Assembly (NCBI GenBank): GCA_028534125.1
Contig: CM052816.1
Span: 186,001-250,000 of the forward strand
Source: Lama glama
Lineage: Eukaryota
Length of the DNA: 64,000 bases
Direction: 5' to 3'
Shown here: positions 51,511-64,000 of the stretch, one piece after another
Layout: every line of letters starts with the position of its first letter
Numbering within the stretch: position 1 is the stretch's first letter
Made by a program: the position numbers and the translations under genes
Notes under the pieces: generated by a model
What the model saw: the letters and a program-made list of their open reading frames with translations, nothing else
Told to the model about the DNA's origin: nothing
The model's database searches: none

Positions 51511-52504
51511 TTCGGCTTACCTGCCGTCTGCCCGGACATGGAATGAGACAGAGAACCAGTCAGGAAACACCCTTGCTCAGTGGAGTTGGCCTTCCAGCGA
51601 GGACCACAGTGTCCAGGTGAGTCAAGAGCCTGCAGGAACCGCCCATTCCAGACAATGTTCTGGGCAGAGGGAGAAAGGCGCTGGGACAGGAATGGTCCTG
51701 GCCTGTCCCAGGAATGCGAAGGAGCCCTGGGAGCTAGGCCAGGGTGAGGGGGCCATTGAGGAGTTGCAGTGAAGGGAGGGACCTGAATGAGATGGAGAAA
51801 CTGAGGCAAGAGCAGGTAGGCTCAAAGGGTCCTGAGGTGAGAGAGGCCCCAGAACTAACCCTCTCACATGCGTGGAACTGGGCCATGGTCCTCACACTGC
51901 CGCCTGACCGCTGTGTGGCTGCGGACAAGCCCACCCCTGTGCCAACCACAGGCTTCCCACATGACCTAACTGGCCCCAGACTTCAGACCAGGCCCAGGAC
52001 AAGGGGAGGGATGCTGGGGGTAGGGTGGGGAAACGGGCACGGGCATGGAGGCTGTGCCAGCCCCCCTCCTGGGATCCACACCATCAGAACAGCTGTAATG
52101 ATTCCTGCAGCCTGCCCCAGGAAGTACATGCAGGAGGATGGGCTCTGAGAATGGGCCTGGAGGAGAAGGGACTGGGGCTAAGCAGAGGGAAGGGTGGGGC
52201 CCTCTCTGCACCCCACCCCTGTCTGGACACAAGCCTGTCTCAGGGAGACAGGGAGTCAACAGAGAACAGCCAAACGGAGCCAGGAGCACGTGGGTGAGTG
52301 CCGGTAGGCAGAGGACCCCCATCCCCCGCCACCATCCAGGGATGTCTTTAAGAGGATAAAGCTCTGCACCTAAGTCCTGGATGCTGTTAACCAAGCAGGG
52401 AGCCCCCTATCACTGGAGGAGTCCAAGATAATGCTGCAGCCTTCAGGTGTACTGAACGCCCAATGCCCCAGAGCCAGGGGAGGAGTGAAGGCTCTGGCAA
52501 CAGG

Positions 52505-52625
52505 CATGTTGGGGTCTGAGTTCCAGGGGCTCAATCCTAGCTGTGTGACCTTGGGGGGACCTGTAACCTCTCTGACCATAAGTAGCCTGGCATGAATGCT
52601 GCCCACCTCTCAGGTGCCACATACA
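52505..52625 (+). mobile_element. MIR SINE fragment
   Basis: ctgagttcc...ctagctgtgtgaccttggg...taacctctctga. Confidence 0.55.
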
Positions 52626-54529
52626 GAAGTTGCATGAGGTATCTGCCAGGCTGGGGGGTCCTGGAGGATGTAATCTCCTACTCCCCCTTCCTCCTGCCTC
52701 TGCCCCTTTGCTCTCACTGGTCCTTCTGTCCCTCCAGTCACCTTCCCCAGGGGGCCTTCTTGTTCAGCATCCTTGTGGCTGACCTTGTCTTTAGACTCAG
52801 GGACCCCCAGAGGGGAAGATCTCAACTGCAGACCCTAGCCAGGCCCCTGCCCATGGTCAGGCTGCAGGTGAGGGTTTGGGCTGGGGGCTTTGATCCTGAT
52901 AATGGAAGTGGGCTGGGATAGCGGCAGGCTGTCTAGCCTGCTCACCTTGCCCCCTCTTGGCCAAAGCTGGGAAGGCACTCTGCTCCATCAGTTCCCAGTG
53001 CGTCCATCTCTGGGACCTAGGAGCAGGAAGGTCCTAGCCCCTTTGTGTGGGCACCAGGGCCTCATTTTCCCTAGGTAACTTCTTGGCACTTCCTGGCTCC
53101 TTAACAGGTCTCCTGCCAGGGGAAGGGGTCCTTTCCCTGATGTGCCCATGCTGGACCCCAGATACTCATCTGGTCTGAAAAAGCCCCCTTTTCCCAAGGG
53201 GGACCAAACCAGAACAGAATCAGGAGGAAGGTAAATTAGGTATCCTGGAGGTGGGTACATAGGAATCCATATTATTTTTTAAACTGTGTGTATATCTTTC
53301 ACATGCTCCTTCAGAGGCTAAGGTACAGAGCACAGACTAGTTCTTCTGAAAGTGTAGAGTTCTGGGGGAGGCTGGGGCTCGAAACAGGGGACTGGCTGGG
53401 TCTGACTCACAGGGCCAAGAGCCCTCAGCTTCTCAGGAGAGGAGGTCATCATGTTTGGGACAGGGGGGCTACCTAAGAGGATTGGGAAGCCCCAGGGAGG
53501 GCTGGTAAAGCCCCATCCACCCAAGGCCAGCAAGGAGGCCCTGTCCAGGAGTAGATGGGTGAGGGGCACAGAAAGGGGACAGGAGGCTAACAGCACGCTG
53601 CACAACACCTCAAGGCTTTCCTCTGCCAGGCAGGCCCCTGGGCCAGGGCTCAGGTGATGGCCCTGCTTTGAGCCCTGCACAAAAAGCAGAACACTGGGCG
53701 AAGAGCCCCCCCCCCAGTAATGTCCCCCACCCCTAGTAATGTCACCAATGCCTCTTAATTGGGGGACCCTTCATAGCAGCAGACGGGTTGCAGGGGAGGG
53801 GGCTCGAAAAGTAGATAGGAGGGGGGAGGGTAAAGGGACCCGGCGTTAGGGAGAGGCCACAGTGAGGTCCCAAGTAAGGGCCACAGTCAGGCCCCTGAAC
53901 CTGGAGAACGTGGAGAGGGACGGCAACAGGCCTCCTCTCCCTTCAGATCAGCCCAGGGAGGCTTCCCAGAGGAGGGGGCTTTCCCTGTCAGCCACCTGGA
54001 CCTTAGCTCAGCGGCCACCTCGGGACAGCGCTGTTCCCTGCCCAGCTGTGGTTCCCTGCTCCGCCCGTGCCACTAGACGCCTTCTTTATTTGATCTTGCG
54101 CCTGTTTCCCCGGGTCAACTTCTCCGGGGCGCACGGCGCCGCATGAGTCACTGCGGTCACGCGGGCCGAGGCCGGGGAGAGGAGCTGGCACCCCAGCGCT
54201 GCCGACCCAGGGCCGCAGAGCCCTTCCCGGCCTCAGTCTCCGAGACCGCGAAATGGACGTGTGAACTCAACCCTTGGCCGTCCACTGAGAGCTGCGCGCA
54301 GACGCAACCGGACTCTGCCGGGGAGGAAGGGGTAGTGGGGAGCAGGAAGGGGGCGGAGGTGCGCGCAAGCGCAACGGTGGGCGAGGCGTAGTCCCAGGGC
54401 CCCGCGCCTGCCGGCGGTCCATCCCCACCTCCCGTCCGGAGTCTGCGCGTGCGCGCCGCAATGGGGAGTGGGCGGGACCACGAGCGGGACCGCCTTGTTC
54501 CCCAGCGTCCCCTGCGGCAGCAGGCACTG

Positions 54530-54613
54530 ACGTGGCCGCCGTCAGAGCCGCCATCTTGTGGGAGCGAAACCAACGCCTGCCTCCGAGCAGCAGCAGCGCC
54601 GCGGCCGCCGAGG
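54530..54613 (+). other. ARF1: ARF1 non-coding exon 1 (5' UTR; start approximate)
   Basis: gccatcttgtgggagcgaaaccaacgcctgcctccgagcagcagc closely resembles the recalled human ARF1 5' UTR (…aaaaccaacgcctggctcggagcagcagc…). Followed by a gtgagg donor at 54614. Confidence 0.8.
54547..54558 (+). promoter_or_regulatory. YY1 site
   Basis: GCCGCCATCTTG is the reverse complement of the YY1 consensus CAAGATGGCGGC, in the usual TSS-proximal position. Confidence 0.7.
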
Positions 54614-57600
54614 GTGAGGCTGGGCCGGGGCCGAGGCGGAGGCGGGGGCGGGGGCCGAGGTGAGGCCCTGCGTGAGGTTCTGCTGGGGCGGAGAGGGCAG
54701 AGACGGGGGCCAAGGTGAGGCTGGGCCTGGCGAGAGCCGAGATGAGGCCGGGCCGGGGGGTCGAGGCGGGGGACCGCGGGTCGAGGCGGGAGGCCGAGGT
54801 GAGGCGGAGTCGAGGCTGGTAACCTAGGCCGGGCGGGGACTAGGGTCGAATAGAGGCCCGGGGTTGAGGTGAGACTGGACCCGGTCGGGGATTGAGGCCG
54901 GGCTGGGGACCGAGGCGAGGCGGGGTGGTGCGGAGGGCTGGGCCAGGGTTCGAGGCTGGGACGGGGGTTGAGTCGGGGCCGAGCCGGGTCAGGGGCCGAG
55001 TCGAGGCAGGGCGGGGGTCAGTCGCGCCGCCCGCACCCCCAGAACCGCTGGGACAGGCGCCCGGAAGTCCGGGCCGCATCGCGGGCTCTCCAGGAAGCCC
55101 AGCTTCCTGCTCCGCCTGCGAGGCCTCCTGCCTCGGGGTCGCGAGGACCAGGAAACTGAGGCCCGCGGCCCGGGACGCGGCCAAGGTCACACGATGCCCA
55201 GGGTTTGAGCCCAATTCCTGTTTGCTCCGAGAACAGAGCTTCCGAGGCGGGGCGGGGCCCGGGTTCCTGGGCGGGTGCTGTGGTCCTGGGGTCTGAGTGG
55301 GAGCGCCTGTGGTCCCAGGAAGCTCCCGCTACCCGCGCGACGCGCCGTCGGCTTTGTAGGGCCCCTTTATCCAAGCTTGCTGCAACCCCGGGATTGTTTC
55401 CTGGATGCCTTTGGCGTGGATAAGAACACTCTTCCGAGCTGGTAAATCGTTAACCTAGCTGTGAAACGACCTATCTGGGGCTAAGGCAGCCTCCCAAGCA
55501 GAGTGCCCTAAAGCTTGTCTTGTTGCCCGATCCAAGTGGTTATGGGAGGTAAAATGGTAGCTTTGTAGTAAGACTTGGCAATGAATTACAAAATACTTAA
55601 AATATTTGTTAATTAACTGAGCATTTTTGAGCTCCTCAGAACACCAAGTTGGTATTTTAAATGAATGGAGCAAAATTGCACAAGAAGTCATTGACAGGAG
55701 ACAGGGAATTCGGACGCTTTGGGAGTAGTCCCGGAAGTCATTGTTGGCTGTGTAGTTGATGCCACTACTGGTGGTGGAGTGGTCAGCTCTAGTTCTTGTT
55801 TCAGAACTAGTGGTCAGCATTTTTTTCTGCCAGCTGTTTGCATGGTTGATCCTGTGTTTCTGGCAGCCTGCGTGTGTCTGAAGGAGTTTGAAATGCCACG
55901 GTGCATGCTGTGTGTTGTCGTTAGAGTTTTCATCAACCATCAGGAGTGGCCCAAACTAAGAACTTTGAATACATGGTGTTGCTAGTTGGGTCCAAAATTA
56001 AGAGGAATTGAGTGTGTATGCGTTCATCACAAATCTAGCCACTTTGTTAGAGTGTGCTGTCTCCTTCCCATAAAGGTTTTCTCTGCTTAATGGGTAGAAC
56101 ATAGTGTCCCTGTTCAACAGGAATGTCCTGCTGAAAATAAATCCGTATCACTTGGACGTTAGAAATCTGCTATTTCTTGTGAGGGCAGTATTCAAAATTG
56201 CTACTTCAAAAAGATTTAAAATAGTTGGTTTGGGTAGTAGCTGACTCACATGCTATCCGCTCATCATTGTAAGAAAGTTAGTAGAAAGCAAAAGCTGGTT
56301 CTGCGCTCCTCACAGTTCTGGTTTTTAAATCATGTGGTCTAGCTATTTGCTTTGCCTCTTGCGCAATGTGAAGAGGACACTCAGACCTGTTCAGCCACCT
56401 CTGTCAAAGACCAGACAGGCTTGAAACTACAGGAAGGTATGTCTATTTTTCTGTTTACTTTAGTAAAGTTTGGTGCGGACCATCAGCCATTGAGGTGATC
56501 CTTAGAGTCAAATGGCCATAGGAATAAACCTAACGAAGGGGGAAAACTCTTGTGCAAGTTCGTAAATGTATTATTTTTGAGAGAGTTGAATCCATATTCT
56601 TCGTATTCTTCAAATTGAATATCGCCTTCATATATCAATTTAAATCTGTTCTTGATCACAGGTCAGACAGACCAAGCATTTCTGCAGCCTTCCTGGGGGT
56701 TGTGGTCACTTACTGACCTAATGTTCAGACCCTGGATGGCCTGGGCTTGCTGTACCATTTAGGACCATCTCTGTGCATATTGTCCCATAGATGTTCTCCC
56801 CTTTAACCTTCCAACCTTTATAGAATTAGGAGAATGAAGGAAATAAAATGCACATCTGTCAGAGTTGGTTGGGAAGGAAACATGAAAAATTCCGTTTAGT
56901 TGGGATCTTAAAATTAGACAAGAACTTGCCTCTTGTCATCTGTTTTCTCCTCATTGGTGTGGATGGTGTTCGAGATATCTTCCCGGCACCATGTGAAGTG
57001 GTGTTTGGAAATGTTTCTGGCCTAATAGTGGGTTATATGTAACCCTTCTAAGTAAAGGCAAGTAAAGGACAGCTTGGTGGGGGGAGTGTGTGTTGAGGGG
57101 GATGATTTCAGAGTGTAAGTGCGAGATGGGTGGTGCTTTATCCTTAGGTTCTTATCCTCTCGTGATTGTTATAAATTCTTTAAAATAGAGTTGTGCCACA
57201 TCTGTTACAGCTATCCAATGGTATCACTATTCTGGAAGGTAGTTCAGCATTCTTAGATGGATCAGATTTTAAATGTGGCAAAATTTAACACAAAAACATC
57301 AAAGCTCCTTACTCCGAGGAGAGTCTTTTAGGCCCTTACTCAGTCCTACCACCCGGCTTCCTTACATGAGTGGGGAGGAATGATGAAGCTACCTTTTGAA
57401 GGGACTAACTTCCATATTCCTAACAAAGCCGTGTTTCCTGGTTTTTGAATACATTGGAAGCAAGAGCTTAGCAGTCTGTCATCAACAAATAGAAAAGGAA
57501 GAGTGGGGCTTCTTACTGACTCAAGAGAAGAGAAAGGAAAAACCATACAAGGCAGGCAGATTTTATACACATAGCAATGGGGGTGACTCTGTTCAGGAGG

Positions 57601-60600
57601 CAAACATTTATACACCTGAGACCACAGGGGTGACTATTTGTATGCAGCATAAATTAATGGAAACCCCAGTTATGATCTATGAATTGTCAGACGTTAGAAA
57701 TGTATATTTTAGAAACATAAATTAATGTTTAATCAGAATTTAGTAAGTTTTGCTCCTCAAAGGAATACTAGCAAGCTAGAAGAGTTTGTTTCCCAAAGGG
57801 CAAGTCATATGGAAAATAGCTAACATCTTTCTATTTGTATTGTACATCAAATTATTTCTGCAGTGCCAGTGTGGGAGCTAAACAGAAAGCTTACTGGTTC
57901 TAGGTTTCTGAGATCCTGAAAACTTTTAGCGTGAAGTTTTTGAGTATCCTGTCAGTTTTGACTTAGAAGCAAATGGACAAGAAAACAATTTCAAGATTCT
58001 GTCTAGACTCATTTATGAAGAGTAGGAGTGAAGGCAAAGCTATATGTGTCAGCATTTTGATTACAGGATTCAGATTAAAAGGTGTCTTTAAAAACTGTTG
58101 TTTTAACAGTGCATTTTCCTGTGACGTTTCCTGTCATCTATAGATGAGCATGCAGTTCCTAATTAACTGATTGAATCCATTAATTTGTATTTAAAATACT
58201 ATATATCATTTGTCATTTTGGGTGATGTAACTTTGCTTAAAATAATTACAGCTTTTAGCATTTCTCTTCTATCAAAGTGATATGAGATATTGCAAATTCC
58301 TGGGGAGATCACTGAAAATGTATTCTTAGTAGTTTCAGGGACCTGAGGGCAGGTTTAGGAAGCAGGTTGTGTACACACCCCTCCTGGTGTATTGGACATG
58401 GCTGAGATGCACATGTTTGTCCTGAGTACTTAACTGTATCTCTGCAGCCCTGATTTCCTCCTCACTAGGATGTCAAAGGAATGTTCAGATTTCACCACAT
58501 CCGTGTTTACTTTTAAACCAGTATGAAATTCGTTGTTGATTTATAGGTTTTTTTTTCTGACAGACTTATTTTTAGGGAAAGCATATTTGTAGATGTGTAT
58601 GATTAATCTTTTTACTTTTTGATCCCTAAGGGCCTTGATAAATGTTCTTTTATGATTCTTTTCTCCTCTCCCTGATGGTGAATTCCTTGGGTCCCCAGAA
58701 GGGTGGCCAGCAGAGGAAGATAGGGAGATGGATGGAGGAAGGTGGATGAGTTCTGGGTAGAGGAGATGCTACTGGCAGAGTATAAGGCTGGGTGGAGATG
58801 CAGGGCCATGGCAGTAAGTGGGATGGAAAGGCAGGCCAGCAAGATACAGGAACACGAATGGGCACTGAGTGTGGCTAGTGAGACCTATCAGGAGGATGGG
58901 GGAGAGGGTGCCATCTGGGCAGAGGTGTAAACGATTGGGGGCCTTGTGAGTCTTTGGGGGAAATAAGAAGCTTCTCCCGGGTTGGGGAACAGTAAAGGCA
59001 GAAGCCCTGAGGTGGGAGTGCATATCATGGTTTTGGAGACCTGCCAGGAGCAGAGGAGGGGAAAGAAGTGTGCCGGTGTGTGCCAGTGGTCTTTGGAGGG
59101 GTAGCCCCAGAGAAAAGGTATTTTGGGAATTTGTGGGAGGATTTGAGGCTCTGTCAAAGAGGGGAGGCAATGCTGGTATTTAGTACATTTAGCAGCAAAA
59201 ATACATTCTGTCTGCATGACTTTCATGTAGGTGAAAAATCTGTTTATATCTTGAACCTAATTATGTTTATGTACAGAGTCACCTTTTTTTTTCATGGTTT
59301 TAATAGATATTCTGAATCTTCCAGGAGTGAATCTATTGTGTAAATCAAGGGTGATTTTTTTGTTTTTTTTTTGCAGAATCTTACCAAGAGTTGTTCTCTG
59401 TTTCCAGGAAAAAGAACAAACAAACCAAAAAAACTGCCTCATGGACATAACAGGCCCTGAGTGTCGTGAGATGCCGGTACATGCTCTAGTAGTGTGCGTT
59501 TGTGGCAGTCTTCATTAGGTGGTAGTCGGACTGCCTCCCTTGAATTTACAGTGTGATCGTGACTAGTACTGAAGCCCACATTTTGTTATATGTCACCGTC
59601 TTTCATTTCCCTATTACATTTTAGTTGGGGCAACAGGGGGTTTTGTGCAGTCTGGTGTGTATGTTGGTTGTATTGTTTGCTAGCTTCCTTTCTGGATGGT
59701 AGAGGTGGTGCTGTGAAATGCCATGGCGTGCCAGTTCGGATCTTTTTAAGGACACTGACTTCATCTGACTTTTCCTTACACGCCCCTCTTGCTGGCAAGA
59801 ACACCTTGTGGGGTGGAAGCTACAGAGGGGAGGTGAGGTGGCCGGGATCAGGCAGAGGGGGATAGTGGTGGGGAAGCACCTTTTCAAAGGGCGAGATAAT
59901 GGAACTTGCCAGTGAAGCAGATAGTTTTGGAGAGGAGAGGGACAGAGAGGGATTGTGGGTGTCTCCAGGGTTTGGGTCTGGAGAACTGGAAGGAAGTTGC
60001 TCAGGGTTAGAGTATGGAAGGGTGAGTCCTTTATATTTGAGTATTGGATTCCCAAGGGACATCCGTATGTTGAGGAGCAGTAGAAGTCTGGAGGTGAGAG
60101 GAGGGTCCAGCTGGGGTCCCATATAGGAGGCTGTGTTCCCCTGGGGGTGAATGGCTGGAGAGGTGCAGAGCTAGGGAGTGAAAATGTGAGACAGTGTGGT
60201 GGGACTGCTGGTTACTGGGAGGTTTTAAGCAGAGGATGGCATGAGCAGTTGTGTAAATGACGTTTCTGTTACTCCAGGGCTGCCCTGGATTTGAAATGTG
60301 ACCAGAGGTAGGAAGAGGCCTATTGAGAGGTTGCTGTGGTTGTTGGGGCCAAACATGGGAAGTTCCCACAAGGCCCTGGGCCTGCCAGCAAGGCCAGCTT
60401 CTTGGAGAGTCAGGCAGAGGGAGTCCCGAGTGCTCCAAGCTGGTGCACCTCTAGGTGCTCCTAACGAGGGTCACAGGAGGGGCAGGTCTGGCAGGGGGCT
60501 TGCTTTAAAGGTAGGGGGATCTAACAGAGGCTCTCGGCCACTGCTGCACTTTCCTTTTTGTGTTCTCCAGAAGCCCATCTCTCAGAAAAAGTCAAATTTT

Positions 60601-63600
60601 TTAAATTTTATTTTTAAAATGAAAGTTCCCTGAAAACAAAAATCAAGTTTTGCAGATTGGTTTAACCACTCAGAAAGTTCCCGGTGCTGAGAAAGCCTCA
60701 GGAGGCTGCCTGCCACTCTGAGAATTTTGAGGAAGAAGAACTGGGCACTCTGACAACTCGTAGTTGGTCGCAGTTCCCTTTTTCTTCAAGGGTGTGGAGA
60801 GGGACTCAGCAACGCTGGTCCTCCAGAGCCCCACCCTGGTTCCCAGAGAGCGCTCTGCACCTGCATCGTGGGTGCGAGTGACCTCTTGGAAAAGGCCCCA
60901 GCACAGAAACTGCAGGGGCTTCTGCGTGGTGATCACATAGTTGAAGACGTGGGGTATTTTTACAGAAACAAATTAATGTGATTTACTTCACAACAGAAAT
61001 CAGAACCCTGGATCGCCTTCTCGTCCTTGTTCTCCCTACCAGAACTGAAACACAGGCCTGTGCTGTTTGACCGGTGTGCCTGCCGTTTCTGTCAGGATCA
61101 CAGAGACTGAGGCTTCAGCAGCCCGAGGGTTGTGAATGTGTGTGTGTCTGCATGCTGAAGCTTCTGGCTGCATTGAGAGGGCTGCAGTGTAACTGGATCA
61201 GCCTTTGACATTGCTGGACCCAGAGGCCTCTAAGAACTGGTCATTGAGATGAGGTGGAAGGGTGAGCACTGTCACCATTCCATTTCTGTTTCACCGTCTG
61301 TTGGTTGGATTCACAGAGTGTTGTTGAGTGTTTGTGTGCCCAGAGCTGTTCTCATTACACAGCTACTCCTTAGGCTAGTGTGATGACTGTCAGCCCCATG
61401 ATGTGTCAGGGGTGCGCTGAGAACAGTAAAGAGAGGAGAGGACCCTTCCTTGTGGAGGGTGGCCTTCAGAGATTGAGTGAAGGGCTTGGAGGGCCCAGCA
61501 CGGAGAATCAGCGTGGAGAGGGGACTGGGAGCACAGTGGAGGTCAGAACATGGGGCTGAGCGACTTGCTGAGGAGTTCCAAACCAGTGATCCTCTGGTTG
61601 CAGCTGGGTTGGATTGAAGTACAAATCTAACTGACTTCCAAAGGGCCACTAACTTGCAGAATTAGTAAGGACCCCGTGGGTGGTAGGACACTTTTCAAGA
61701 TGTCTGTGTGGTTTCAAGTTGCCTGTGGTTTCAATTCTGCTTTGCATTTTAGTCATAAATTACTTTAGTTTCTTCCATTTTCAGTTGAATTTATTGTACA
61801 TTGTATGTTGTGAGGTTGATGCAAATTTGTGTTTTTGGTGTTTTGAGTTTTTTCCAGCAACAACTTCTTCAGACTAAATTGTACTTGTAGTCAGATAGAG
61901 GGTATCTGTGTCCCTACTGCCAGAGAAGTACTCATTAGGGTCCAGACTGCTGGCTGCTTCACAGTGGGGGCCCAGGTGCCCACCACCAGCTCTGTAGCAC
62001 CTAGAAGCCGTTCCATCACTGTCACCCCATCCCATGGGCTAGCATACTCAGATGGTCCTGCATAGCTTTAGGGGGCCAGGAATGTAGGTTTATTCTGGAA
62101 GGAAGTCCTCTTGCCCAGGGACAGCTCAGGGAGAAGAAAATCAAGGAGCAAATCAGGGAGCAGCCAGCCTCTACCACCAGGACAAACGTGTAGAGCAGTG
62201 AGCGATGCTCCTGACACAGCATCTGAGTGAGGTCTCAACTTGTGTGTATCATCAGCTCCTTGTTTCCTTCCTATTGGAGGCCATGGGATACTTGTGTTAA
62301 GAGGTCCTACGACCGACCATGTTTATCGTTTTCATGGGCTAGTCTATCTGGATATTTGCTCCCATCTGTAGATTTCTGAATGATTCGTGTTTGGTAATGT
62401 GCTTTGAAGACAGTTATGTTAAAAAAAAAAGTAAATAAAACTTTAAGACTGAATAAGGGACAGTTACAAAACAAATAAACATGTCCATCAGTTAAATGCT
62501 TTGGTTTTTGTAGTTAGTGGTAAGTAGGATTGATTACAGTTATGCTGTTTCCATGTTTGCCTTGTGGTTGGTGTGCTCATTCCATTAGACAATGGGCAGT
62601 GGCTCTTGGGTGTTCATGTTAGTGTAGACCAAGAGCTGGATTCATAAATAAAACTCATTTTTTGTTGTCATTTTAAGGATTTCATCTTGAATCTTAAGCT
62701 GGCAAAGAGTGATCTAAATTACATTTCACTGGTTGCTCTTCCTAAGAATCAGACCTAACAGGAAATGCCCCTTCCTTGAGCTCTGAAAGGAGGCCAGTTG
62801 CAGAGCAGTGCTGTTGGGTTGAAGACCAGCCCTCCGGGATTAGCATAGAGGCCTCTGGGTTTCTGGCAGACAGCCTCCTTCAGGGCTGTGTGTATGGGAC
62901 TGCTGCTTAAAGGCCGGGTCTGGTGCTTAATTGATTCCTGCAAAACATTCTGGAAGTTTTATTCTGAAACACAAAAAACAGTCTCACTGAAACTCACTTC
63001 TAGATGTAGACCAGAATTACACAGTTCTGGAATGTTTTTGCATGTTCTTTTGTTTATTTTTTTTCTTTGTATTAAAAGTTTAGAGTTGGGGTTGGTGAAA
63101 TGGGTGAAGGTGGCCAGTCATAAGTAAGTCCAGGAATGTAAAGTCCTGGTAGTTCACCATACTGTGTTGTATATTGGAAAGTTGCTAACAGTAATCCTTA
63201 AAAGTTCTCATCACAAGGAAAAGAGGTTTGTGACTCTGTGAGGTGATAGGTGTTAACTAGGTTTTTTTGTGGTGATCATTTCAGTATTTATATATACACA
63301 TATCAAATCATTATGTTGTACACTTGAAAATAATGCCATGTGTGTGTCTGTTACATCTGAATAAAACTGAAGAGAAAAAAAAGAAAGTTCAGTCAACTTA
63401 ATTACATCCATTGAGTGTCTTAGGCTGCATATTCTTTCTCCTGAGCATGTTGTTGATTCTTACCTTCATCACAGTTGTGTTAGGCCTGCGAGGTGTATCC
63501 GCCTATCACTAGTATTGATGTGTACAGTTTTCTCCTAACACTGAAGTTTATAAAATAGTGACAGTATGTAATGCTCAACTCAATTGCAGGAAAATGTCAG

Positions 63601-64000
63601 AGCTACAGAAATGAAGTGTTGGATTAATAGGCAGAGTAATGGCTTAAGACTTCATTTAGATGATGTGCTGGAGTCTCAAGTTAATGGACAAAAAAGTCTT
63701 GACTTTAAAAACGGCAAAAAGAGAAAAACAGTTCTGATGTCACCTAGCTGTTCATTTGAGTGGGGGATTTATCCTTGTGACCTTCATTTACTGAGGGACC
63801 GTAGCCTCCCATCATGTCTGAAGCACAGAGTGGAATCCAAGCCCTTGGTTGTTTCGCTTCCCTGGGGCACATTTTCCAAGCCTTGCTCTAGGTTGGTGGT
63901 TTCTTCTTCCTAGTGACTCCCAGCAGTTTGGGTCATCTTGATACCGTTGTTTAAAAGATTTTGTTAAATAAACCAGCTCTAACAGTTTCAGAAAACATGA
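54614..64000 (+). other. ARF1: ARF1 intron 1 (partial)
   Basis: No ARF1 coding exon (MGNIF...) in the ORF track. After the island the sequence is AT-richer and appears G/T-skewed, consistent with a long first intron. Confidence 0.7.
63088..63385 (+). mobile_element. LINE-1 3' end (L1MA9-like) with A tail
   Basis: gtgaaatgggtgaaggtgg, gaaagttgctaa...taatccttaaaagttctcatcacaag, atatcaaatcattatgttgtacac, then aataaa and an A tail. Possible target-site duplication aaagtt(t/c)ag on both sides. Confidence 0.85.

Larger units (their letters stand above)
54000..55420 (+). promoter_or_regulatory. ARF1: ARF1 CpG-island promoter
   Basis: Very GC/CpG-rich. NRF1-type TGCGCGTGCGCG at 54444-54455, GC boxes, TGACGTGG at 54528-54535, YY1 GCCGCCATCTTG at 54547-54558, AP-1 TGAGTCA at 54144-54150. 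WNT3A-ARF1 adjacency is known mammalian synteny. Confidence 0.85.

Noticed and set aside
54157..55423. Multiple overlapping ORFs in the CpG island
   Set aside because: Typical island artefacts; none resembles ARF1 or another known protein.
1..64000. tRNA, rRNA, snoRNA, CRISPR array, intact retroelement or processed pseudogene
   Set aside because: None recognised by eye; all L1 ORFs are fragmentary. An Infernal/Rfam and tRNAscan run would be needed to exclude small RNAs.

Overview
Mammalian genomic DNA, with no prokaryotic features. The window holds coding exons 2-4 of WNT3A on the + strand (12648-12889, 31847-32112, 37679-38158; all GT-AG, phases consistent, 242+266+480 nt). Exon 1 lies upstream of the window. 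After the WNT3A 3' UTR comes about 15 kb of GC-rich intergenic DNA, then the CpG-island promoter, non-coding first exon and start of intron 1 of ARF1; the ARF1 coding exons lie beyond the window. The rest is introns with LINE-1 pieces, MaLR LTRs, hAT-type MITEs, MIR/L2 remnants and microsatellites. I recognised no Alu, B1/B2, Bov-tA, PRE1 or Can-SINE, and one young L1 3' end resembles camelid L1, so a camelid origin is a tentative inference. Nearly all ORFs in the supplied track are spurious. I found no convincing new biological system. The best leads are regulatory: two palindrome-bearing candidate enhancers in WNT3A intron 2, other motif clusters, an array of 5' splice-site motifs and a UPRE/GASE element at ARF1, a non-canonical WNT3A poly(A) region, and two unusual WNT3A substitutions. 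Repeat family names and comparisons with human or mouse come from recollection, not from searches.
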